The notes below the pieces were generated by a model, which saw only the letters and a program-made list of their open reading frames with translations, did no database searches and was not told the origin of the DNA. 14,110 bases of DNA, taken from Oligoflexus sp. (GTDB lineage Bacteria; Bdellovibrionota_B; Oligoflexia; Oligoflexales; Oligoflexaceae). Positions 7,334 to 14,110 of this stretch are shown piece after piece. Position numbers and translations under genes: made by a program. The DNA is taken from positions 1 through 14,110 of the forward strand of contig JBGSTX010000178.1 in assembly GCA_041736305.1 (NCBI GenBank), read 5' to 3'. The first letter of the stretch is position 1, and each line of letters starts with the position of its first letter.

Positions 7334-8413
7334 ATGTACCCACTGTTGAAGAAATCCTATTCCCCGCTGCTTCTAAGTCTTTCCTTAATCGGCACAGCTT
7401 GTCTTCCTGTCTCAAACAAAAGCGAAACCCAAGTAGTCAATGGCGACCCTAGTACCGACTTCGAAACGACCGTGAGTCTCAAGATCGAGAAAGAAAAAGT
7501 GATCGAGTACTGCGCGGGTGTGTTCGTACGAAGCAACCTGCTTTTAACATCAGGACTCTGTCTGGAAGGTGCTAAAACTGTAACTGTAAGCAATGACAGT
7601 GGCGTATTCAAAAACAATCCAGTTAGTTCGCAAAGCTTCAAGATCCATGGAAAATATACCTCCAAACTAGCCGAGAAGACTATCGACGGCCAGACTACCA
7701 CTTACCCCTATGTGCCCAATGAAAATATTTTCGCGGACATGGGTCTCGTTATCTTCCCTAAAGACACTGCACCAGCATCCATGATAGCCAACATCGCGAG
7801 CTCCGATTCTCTAGTTGGCGATAGCGTTTGGCTTGCCGGCTTTGGCGCTGTAAATAGTGCAGGAGAAGGCCGCGGCACGCGCCGCGTCGGCAAGAATAAA
7901 ATCGCTGAATTCTCCAGCGACGACTATAAGGTTATCAGCCTAAAGAATGAAAGAGATTCCAACGGAGCTCTCATGGGAGCTGGCGATAGGGGTGGACCGC
8001 TTTACAATGAAAAGAAAGAAATCATCGGTATCACTTCGACAAAGTCCAATAAAACCTCAACGGGCTACTACGCGAACGTCAGGTCTAGCCTCTCCATCAA
8101 GTTCGTACAAGAAGCTATGGGCGTTGTCAGCAGCTCATCGAATTCTAGCAACTCAGCAAACTCCAGCAACTCAGCAAACTCCAGCGCTTTAAGTCTCAGC
8201 AAGAGTTGTGAATTCGGCCAGATTACCGTAATAAAGTTCAAAGATGCCGGATCAAGTAAGGTTCTATCGGTGAATAGCTGTACGAATGTCACAGCTTCCT
8301 GCACCGAGGGTAATCTTCTTAATCTGAAGGCAAGTAATTCTTCGGCCTCTACTCTCATTTCGACAGCCGCTATCTGCGAAAAAATTCGTGATGAAATAGG
8401 TCGGACTCAGTGA
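7334..8413 (+). CDS. S1 (trypsin-fold) protease homologue lipoprotein, predicted catalytically inactive
   Basis: Lipobox-like 'LIGTAC', 'VVNG', 'CAG', 'LLTSGLC' (normally TAAHC), 'DMGLV', 'LAGFG', 'GDRGGPL' (normally GDSGGPL) and 'IIGITS', then a Ser/Asn linker and a 4-Cys C-terminal domain. GGAG RBS at 7322. Confidence 0.85.
   Translation: MYPLLKKSYSPLLLSLSLIGTACLPVSNKSETQVVNGDPSTDFETTVSLKIEKEKVIEYCAGVFVRSNLLLTSGLCLEGAKTVTVSNDSGVFKNNPVSSQSFKIHGKYTSKLAEKTIDGQTTTYPYVPNENIFADMGLVIFPKDTAPASMIANIASSDSLVGDSVWLAGFGAVNSAGEGRGTRRVGKNKIAEFSSDDYKVISLKNERDSNGALMGAGDRGGPLYNEKKEIIGITSTKSNKTSTGYYANVRSSLSIKFVQEAMGVVSSSSNSSNSANSSNSANSSALSLSKSCEFGQITVIKFKDAGSSKVLSVNSCTNVTASCTEGNLLNLKASNSSASTLISTAAICEKIRDEIGRTQ
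8147..8185 (+). repeat. In-frame 18-bp tandem duplication (SNSANS x2)
   Basis: AGCAACTCAGCAAACTCC at 8147-8164 and 8165-8182, plus a partial AGC. Confidence 0.9.
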
Positions 8414-8453
8414 TCGTTGAAATATCGCGACGTCGCTAGCCTGTCCCTTGGAT

Positions 8454-8495
8454 AAAAATACTAGACCCTCAGGAAAAAAACCTGAGGGTCTAGTA
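8454..8495. terminator. Perfect 15-bp-stem hairpin, terminator-like (T-tract only on the minus strand)
   Basis: TACTAGACCCTCAGG(8459-8473)-A7-CCTGAGGGTCTAGTA(8481-8495), preceded by A5 at 8454-8458. Confidence 0.65.
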
Positions 8496-8520
8496 CTATA
8501 CCCGCCCAAGATTCCTTAGC

Positions 8521-8547
8521 TCAAGTAGGCACTGCAGTCTCCGAATG
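8521..8547 (+). promoter_or_regulatory. Possible sigma-28-like promoter
   Basis: TCAA-N15-TCCGAATG, about 45 bp upstream of ATG 8592; same TCAAG...CGAA layout as at 6785-6811. Confidence 0.4.
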
Positions 8548-8591
8548 AACAGATATGGAGCTTTCGACTCGCATTCCCGGAGGTTGTTTGC

Positions 8592-9230
8592 ATGTGTCCC
8601 CTGGCTGCTCTAAAAAATCTCGATTCTTCGCAGAAAAGCGATAATTTAAGGTATGATCTTAGTTCCCATTTGAAGAGCTTGGGCGACAAAAGACCTTTCC
8701 GTAGCATCGCCACATCTATCACTCGTAATACGATAGTACTAGTTAGTATGGATGAAGCAGAACTAGGTTCTCAGCTAGCCCTCGACCTTGGCGGCAAATA
8801 CCTCATACTAGAGGTAGCAGAGTGTAATGCCGACCCCCAGCATGGAGCCATTTTCCACGTTCTGCTGCGGACAGGTAATCCTGCCTACCACTTGCCCAGT
8901 CTGTTGGAAGAACTTTTAGGTGAAGCTGCTAGCCATGCAGAACCTAAGCTAAGCTTTGAAATGCTGCGTGAAGCGATAGGCAGGGCGGGGAACCCCGATC
9001 GGGGCACAGTCAGAAACTTTGGGCTTGCCGCTCAGGAAGCTAGTCAAACTTCCTATATGATTCAGTACCGAGGCCACTCTCTGATCGTCTTGATGCCGAA
9101 TACTATCCAGCCCGCCAGCGTAATTCATTTCAGTGATGCCGAGGCCAAAGAGCATCTGGTCATCATGCTGCGAAAGAGGCTTAAAAAAGCCGACAGCCGT
9201 TGGGTCAAAATCTGGCCCGTTAGCGAATGA
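8592..9230 (+). CDS. Hypothetical cytoplasmic protein
   Basis: 212-aa ORF with normal composition filling the gap; GGAGG at 8579-8583. No family recognised. Confidence 0.7.
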   Translation: MCPLAALKNLDSSQKSDNLRYDLSSHLKSLGDKRPFRSIATSITRNTIVLVSMDEAELGSQLALDLGGKYLILEVAECNADPQHGAIFHVLLRTGNPAYHLPSLLEELLGEAASHAEPKLSFEMLREAIGRAGNPDRGTVRNFGLAAQEASQTSYMIQYRGHSLIVLMPNTIQPASVIHFSDAEAKEHLVIMLRKRLKKADSRWVKIWPVSE

Positions 9231-9234
9231 AGTC

Positions 9235-9705
9235 TTATTCCATCCGCTCGCCTCTGATGGTGTAAGCGATGCGATTGGGTAAGAACTGATGATCCTGATT
9301 GGGGCTCAGTATGAAAACTTTCAGCTGACGAACCACGGCTGGAGCTGCAGGCAAATCAGCCAGTGTCGCTTCGAAGATAACAAAATCAGGTCCAAATCCT
9401 AAAACTCCAAGACGACCTGGCTTGCCGGGAACGAAATTGAATTTTTGAGTAGCCTCGACGGAATAGCGAGAGAGGGAGACGATAAGCTCGTTAGAGACCT
9501 GAGCCACTACAAAAGGGTAGAGCTTTTCCCAGCTCTCCTGCTCCGAAGGGCTTACAATATAGGTTCCCTCTGAAAATACCCCTAGGCCCCAATTGAGACC
9601 ATAGCCTTCCGGAACGCGGTCGATAGCGGCTTGGCTGAAAGCTATAGATGAACCGCAAAGCAGAGCGCAAAAAAGCGAAATAACGCGAAGACTTAGGTTT
9701 CTCAC
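9235..9705 (-). CDS. Hypothetical secreted protein
   Basis: GTG start with GAGGAGG RBS and signal-peptide-like 'MRNLSLRVISLFCALLCGSSIAFS'. No family recognised. Confidence 0.78.
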   Translation of the reverse strand: MRNLSLRVISLFCALLCGSSIAFSQAAIDRVPEGYGLNWGLGVFSEGTYIVSPSEQESWEKLYPFVVAQVSNELIVSLSRYSVEATQKFNFVPGKPGRLGVLGFGPDFVIFEATLADLPAAPAVVRQLKVFILSPNQDHQFLPNRIAYTIRGERME

Positions 9706-9723
9706 GATGCAATCCTCCTCGAT

Positions 9724-9761
9724 TAAAAAGACTAGTCTTTTTAGCAGCCAAGTCTTTTTAG
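9724..9761. promoter_or_regulatory. Operator-like perfect 20-bp palindrome plus an extra half-site
   Basis: TAAAAAGACTAGTCTTTTTA at 9724-9743; AGTCTTTTTAG occurs at 9734-9744 and again at 9751-9761. Confidence 0.6.
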
Positions 9762-9878
9762 AACAAGTCCGGCAATTCGCACAGCTCTATCGCCTAAGAA
9801 AGCTACAAAGCAATAAATGCCGACCTGCGTACATTTGGCATTTTTCTGTTATAATAGAGATTTACTGGACTAGGCTAC

Positions 9879-9895
9879 TTGGCCCTGGCTTTGCA
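9879..9895 (+). promoter_or_regulatory. Putative sigma-54 promoter for the tandem lipoprotein genes
   Basis: TTGGCCCTGGCTTTGCA = TGGC-N7-TTGCA, about 48 bp upstream of ATG 9943. Confidence 0.65.
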
Positions 9896-9942
9896 TCTTT
9901 TTTGACGTGCAGCGCAAAGTGCCTATCGATGGAGTTTATTCG

Positions 9943-10572
9943 ATGAGATCGTTTTCACATGGCTTCATTTACTTAACTTGTGTTCTGAGTTTGAGTCTAG
10001 GTGCCTGCAAAGACAAAAAAAAGCCAGCGCCTAAGCCTGCCGCTAAAACAAATGAAGTGGTCGTTACCAAACCTACGGATCCGAGCGTAACAGACCCAGC
10101 GCAAGGCGCCACCGAAACGATCACTGCGGCCCAGAAAAGCTTTGTCGAGAAGGTCGCCAATAAAAAGTGGAGACTTTGCCGTGCATGGACCAGCACTAAG
10201 AGTGAGATTGTCGAGACGACTATGCGCGATCTAGACAACACCTATACCGAAACCCGTAGTGTTTATTCAAGTGGCGACTGCTCAGGAAACAAAATCCTCG
10301 GCAACGAATCCAATAAAACAGGTAAATTCATGATCGAAGGTGAAGCTACCGGGACTGATACCTGGAAGTTTAAGCTGATGCTCGAAGATTCCATAACACA
10401 CTTTAATATCATGGGCTTAGAAGGCGACAAACTTTATTTTGGCGAAGCTGATGACACGCACATGGGAACGGCCCAAGCAGGCGAGGCAGGACGTCCCATC
10501 AGACTCGATAAAGCTGAAGGCTATACTTCGGCTGGCAAAGAAGGATTATCGACCCGCTACAAGAAGAACTAA
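9943..10572 (+). CDS. Lipoprotein, paralogue A (two-Cys, GDKLYFG motif)
   Basis: GGAG RBS at 9931-9934, lipobox-like 'LSLGAC', a Pro/Thr-rich tether and a beta-rich domain. Confidence 0.82.
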   Translation: MRSFSHGFIYLTCVLSLSLGACKDKKKPAPKPAAKTNEVVVTKPTDPSVTDPAQGATETITAAQKSFVEKVANKKWRLCRAWTSTKSEIVETTMRDLDNTYTETRSVYSSGDCSGNKILGNESNKTGKFMIEGEATGTDTWKFKLMLEDSITHFNIMGLEGDKLYFGEADDTHMGTAQAGEAGRPIRLDKAEGYTSAGKEGLSTRYKKN

Positions 10573-10588
10573 ATCCCTTCTGCCATAA

Positions 10589-10632
10589 GGAAGTAGACTT
10601 CCGCTAATCCACTGGGACTTCCCAGTGGCTAC
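10589..10632. repeat. Two short intergenic hairpins; the second reads GTAG+hairpin on the minus strand (REP-like)
   Basis: GGAAGT-AG-ACTTCC (10589-10602); CCACTGGGA-CT-TCCCAGTGG (10609-10628) directly followed by CTAC (10629-10632). Confidence 0.55.
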
Positions 10633-10674
10633 CCCGATCCAGAATGAGTTGCCAAGAAGAAGCAGGAGAAATGA

Positions 10675-11286
10675 ATGCTGGTCAGCAAACTAAGTCCGCA
10701 AATTTTCACCCTCGTACTTCTCAGTGTGCTGACGATTCATTGTGTAAAAAAGCAAAAAGACAGCGCTTCGAATCCTGCACCGACTGTAGCGGGCGTACCC
10801 GTAACCCCTGCTGATAGATCGGGAGGTATCATCGCCAATTCGGCCGCAACTCGTCCCTCTCCCGATGATCTCGAGAAGTTCCGTCTAGCAGTCGTCGATA
10901 AAGAGTGGAAAATATGCTTCATCACCACCGAGATGAGTACGCAGATTGACCTTATATTGCGCAGCAATCGCAGCTGGAAGACGACGTCTCGTTCCTATGG
11001 AAGCAAGAACTGTGAAGGTAAAGTTCTGTCGACCGAGGGCGAAGAGGGAAACTATTCGATAGAAAGCCCGCGCATCGCCGGCCAGTTTCCGATCAATCTC
11101 ACGCGCACCAAAAGTACCCCTTTCTATGAAATAGCCACTTTACGCGGCGATAAGCTTTACTTCGGCAAGACCAACGATAGTCTCGATGGGTCAACGCCGG
11201 AAAAGCGGCCCAGTGAAATCGATAGTAGCAGTTATTACATGGCAACCGCCAAGCCCCCCATTCTGAAGCTAGACTTCCACAATTGA
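10675..11286 (+). CDS. Lipoprotein, paralogue B (two-Cys, GDKLYFG motif)
   Basis: AGGAG RBS and a hydrophobic leader ending 'LTIHC'; shares W..C, Y....C.G, GDKLYFG and RP...D motifs with paralogue A. Confidence 0.82.
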   Translation: MLVSKLSPQIFTLVLLSVLTIHCVKKQKDSASNPAPTVAGVPVTPADRSGGIIANSAATRPSPDDLEKFRLAVVDKEWKICFITTEMSTQIDLILRSNRSWKTTSRSYGSKNCEGKVLSTEGEEGNYSIESPRIAGQFPINLTRTKSTPFYEIATLRGDKLYFGKTNDSLDGSTPEKRPSEIDSSSYYMATAKPPILKLDFHN

Positions 11287-11328
11287 TCATCTATAGTCGC
11301 GGCTGGTCTCTCAGAAGACGGAGCCGCT

Positions 11329-13242
11329 ATGACTATTCTATCTGCATCCGAGCACTTCGCTCGTCTAAAAGAACTCCTCGAACTCGAAGCCGAAGCTGAA
11401 AAGGACGAGTTTCTAGCCAAACTCGCTGAGAACGGCGATCAAGCAGCTGCCGCCGAACGCAGCGGCACCTGTCTGCGAGCTCTCGAAGTCGAGGACTCCT
11501 TCGGCGGTCTCGGCGGGCGTTTTGTGCTCGAGCTTCGCAAAAAAGGGCGCGCGCCCTTGCCTTGGACCAAGCTCGATACCGGCAGCCCTATCGTCCTGCG
11601 CGAAGAGAGCAAAGGAGCCGAAGCGGTGCGGGGAGTGGTCGGGCAGCTGACAACTCACACCGTGCAATTAGTATTTGAAGACGAGCTACCCGAGGCCGAT
11701 GGTCTGCTCCGCATCGATCTCTCCTATCAGGACGCATCCCGAAAGCGTGAGCGCGAAGCCTTGAGCCGCGCTTCGAGTGCGAGCGACTCTCGACTACAGA
11801 GTCTGCGGGCCGTTCTCCTCGGAGCAGAGTCCCCTCGCTTCGATCAAACAAGCGTCGTCGAGAACTTTTTTAATCAAGGGCTCAATGAAGTACAGAAAGC
11901 TGCGGTAAGGCTGGCGATGGCGGCTAAGGATCTGGCTATAGTCCATGGCCCACCCGGGACCGGTAAAACCACCTGTCTGGTCGAGATCGTCCAACAGGCG
12001 CGGCGGCGCGGCGAAAAAGTGCTGGTCTGCGCGCCGAGTAATCTGGGAGTCGACAATCTCCTTGAGAAACTAGTAGAACGCGGCGAAAAACCCCTGCGCA
12101 TTGGTCATCCCGCCCGCGTGATGGAGCATCTTCGGCCGCATACCCTCGATTTACAGCTCGAAAAACATCCGGCCACCAAGCTCGCTAGACAGATGATGCG
12201 GGAGGCTGCCCAACTCTTCCGGCAAGCGGGTCGATACACGCGTGCTGCTCCCGAAAAGGGTTCCAAGCAAGCAGCCTATCGAGAGGCCCGGAGCCTGCTC
12301 GCCGATGCGCGGAAGCAAGAAGGCCAGGCTATCAGCAAAATACTCGATCAAGCGCCTATCGTCTGTGCGACAAATACCGGGCTCGATGCCTCTCTCATCG
12401 GCTCCAGGCGCTTCGACCTTCTGATTATAGACGAAGCCGCCCAAAGCACCGAGCCGAGCTCCTGGATACCTCTGCTTCGCGCAGGCCGCGTTGTACTGGG
12501 TGGCGATCACTGTCAGCTGCCGGCTACGGTTCGCTCAACGGCTGCGATGGAACGAGGTTACCAAATCAGTCTCATGGAGCGGCTCGTGGAACTCTATGGA
12601 GACTCTGTGACGAAAATGCTGCAGCTGCAGTATCGCATGCATGAAACGATCATGGCGTTTTCATCGATGACATTTTATGAAGGGAACTTGGCCGCCGCAG
12701 CCGAAGTCGCCCAGCACAAGCTCTCTGATCTCGGAGCCACGGTGTCGCTTGAGCGGCCGCTCTACTTTATCGATACTGCAGGAGCCGGATTTCAAGAAGA
12801 AAGTGCGACCGACGGAGGGAGTCGCTTCAACGAAAAAGAAGCCGTTTTACTCCTCGCGCAGATAGCCGATCTTATGCAAGGCGGGGTCCGAGCTGAACAC
12901 ATAGGTGTGATTTCACCCTATGCAGCCCAGGTCAGATTTCTCAAAGACCGACTGGCTGAAAGTGGCATCGAGGTCGACACGATCGACGGTTTTCAGGGGC
13001 GCGAGAAAGAAGTGATCCTGCTTTCCCTCGTGCGTTCGAACGATGATCAGGAAATCGGTTTTTTGAAGGAGCTTCGACGTTTAAACGTGGCTCTGACGCG
13101 AGCTAAACGCCTGCTCTTCGTCGTCGGTGACGGTGCGACGCTCGGAGTCCATCCCTTCTATCAGAGCTTTATTGCCTTCTGCGAAGCGCGGGCTGCCTAT
13201 GAAACTATCTGGGAGTTTGCGCCAGAACAGGTTCACCTTTAA
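11329..13242 (+). CDS. IGHMBP2/Upf1-like superfamily 1B DNA/RNA helicase
   Basis: Complete motif set: LNEVQ (Q motif), GPPGTGKT, APSN, DEAAQ, GDHCQL, QYRMH, SPYAAQV, TIDGFQGREKE and RRLNVALTRAK. The N-terminal 'LLELEAEAE' and barrel region are typical of the IGHMBP2 subgroup. Confidence 0.93.
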   Translation: MTILSASEHFARLKELLELEAEAEKDEFLAKLAENGDQAAAAERSGTCLRALEVEDSFGGLGGRFVLELRKKGRAPLPWTKLDTGSPIVLREESKGAEAVRGVVGQLTTHTVQLVFEDELPEADGLLRIDLSYQDASRKREREALSRASSASDSRLQSLRAVLLGAESPRFDQTSVVENFFNQGLNEVQKAAVRLAMAAKDLAIVHGPPGTGKTTCLVEIVQQARRRGEKVLVCAPSNLGVDNLLEKLVERGEKPLRIGHPARVMEHLRPHTLDLQLEKHPATKLARQMMREAAQLFRQAGRYTRAAPEKGSKQAAYREARSLLADARKQEGQAISKILDQAPIVCATNTGLDASLIGSRRFDLLIIDEAAQSTEPSSWIPLLRAGRVVLGGDHCQLPATVRSTAAMERGYQISLMERLVELYGDSVTKMLQLQYRMHETIMAFSSMTFYEGNLAAAAEVAQHKLSDLGATVSLERPLYFIDTAGAGFQEESATDGGSRFNEKEAVLLLAQIADLMQGGVRAEHIGVISPYAAQVRFLKDRLAESGIEVDTIDGFQGREKEVILLSLVRSNDDQEIGFLKELRRLNVALTRAKRLLFVVGDGATLGVHPFYQSFIAFCEARAAYETIWEFAPEQVHL

Positions 13243-13504
13243 GTTCAGCTTGCTTATTCAAGCTACGTCCTCCCGCTTGAAGCAGGAAATATAAGGCCCC
13301 CGCCGCAGCTAAGAGCAGGAAGAGGCTATATTCAGGCTGCCTCAGCAGCTCCAGGACTTTCAGCCCGAAAAAATTTCCGAGTAGGATCTGTGGTGCTACG
13401 CCACAGATGGAAGCTAAAGCGTAGGGTCGAAAGGTGACCCTGCAGCTCCCGGCTAGCAGGCTGGTGACGGTGTAAGGCGGGGTGGGGCCCAGCCGAAGAA
13501 TCCG
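13205..13504 (-). pseudogene. C-terminal fragment of a VTT/TVP38/DedA-family membrane protein
   Basis: 'ILRLGPTPPYTVTSLLAGSCRVTFRPYALASICGVAP' matches the VTT signature (RL.P..P....N..AG...V.F..Y.LAT..G..P). The upstream frame is unrelated, lacks the N-terminal half and a good RBS, and has an in-frame TGA at 13651. Confidence 0.6.
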
Positions 13505-13863
13505 CGGTCGGGACTGGTGGTTTCTTAAATTCCACTTCCATATTAATGCCTTATGATGGATCGGCAAGTGGTGCCAAAGAGTAGGCTGAAAAAGAGGGGG
13601 AATGCTAATCGCACGGCATCCCGCAGGTTTTATCTCACGCCTGCAGCGTCAAAGCCATTGGTAGAATTGCGCAAAATCGAGGTCCAGGGTGCTTCAGGAG
13701 CTTGCGATTAACATCGACGGCAAGTTTTTCAAATACCTATATAACGAGCGAAAATTTGCGTAGCGATAAATTCTTTCAAGAATTCTAAGAATTATGCCGA
13801 TAGGGAACCTAGCTCGGGATTATTCCGATATTTACGAAAGTAAGAATTTAGAGGGGAAGGACA

Positions 13864-14110
13864 GTGGCAGCCAACTACATTCTACACATGGCCTATCCTT
13901 TTTTTGCGCTGCTGATAGTGCTCGAATTTCATTTCTATAAAAAAAGGGGAATGCCCTTTCCGTTTCGGGAATCCATCGTATCCCTCATCATTGCCCTGAG
14001 TTATCAGTTCATAAATTATCAGGCTATTGGCTTACTTACGCCACTAAATGATTGGTTTTATCATCACAGTCTCTTTACTATCAGTAGCGATGACGTCTCG
14101 AGCTGGGTGC
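13864..14110 (+). CDS. Probable sterol desaturase / fatty acid hydroxylase family protein, 5' part only (absent from the ORF track)
   Basis: GTG 13864 after GAGGGGAAGG. Translation MAANYILHMAYPFFALLIVLEFHFYKKKGMPFPFRESIVSLIIALSYQFIN...WFYHHSLFTISSDDVSSWV resembles N-termini of alkylglycerol-monooxygenase-like proteins. The His boxes would lie beyond the window. Confidence 0.6.
   Translation, partial: MAANYILHMAYPFFALLIVLEFHFYKKRGMPFPFRESIVSLIIALSYQFINYQAIGLLTPLNDWFYHHSLFTISSDDVSSWV

Noticed and set aside
8147-8185. Repeat array as CRISPR-like
   Set aside because: Two adjacent in-frame 18-mers without spacers; this is a coding linker duplication.
11329-13242. Helicase as part of an anti-phage defence system
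   Set aside because: No nuclease or other defence partner nearby and no extra domains; it looks like a stand-alone IGHMBP2-family gene.

Overview
A ~50% GC chromosomal window with no rRNA, tRNA, CRISPR array or transposase that I can recognise. The gene content (DUF4360-like lipoprotein, trypsin-fold lipoprotein, PilZ-like protein) suggests a Bdellovibrionota/Oligoflexia-like organism, but that is inference. The left part (1-5223) looks like a general-stress cluster: a membrane protein, a DgkA-family kinase, YihY/BrkB, a protein with an acidic block followed by an H1-like Lys tail, a YdaD/YhdF-type SDR, DUF2795, and an acidic protein with a Rho_N-like tail. The middle (5462-11286) holds mostly envelope and secreted proteins, including a trypsin-fold lipoprotein lacking both catalytic His and Ser, and two tandem paralogous lipoproteins. 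The right end has an IGHMBP2/Upf1-like SF1 helicase, a truncated VTT/DedA-like fragment and the start of a sterol-desaturase-family gene. The most unusual signal is a sharp local G+T/C+A strand-composition flip centred on a 40-bp GTAG...CTAC palindrome at 4673-4712. About 91% of codons in the adjacent gene end in G or T, and a G-quadruplex motif lies about 90 bp away. Several sigma-54-like and sigma-28-like promoter motifs also sit in plausible positions.
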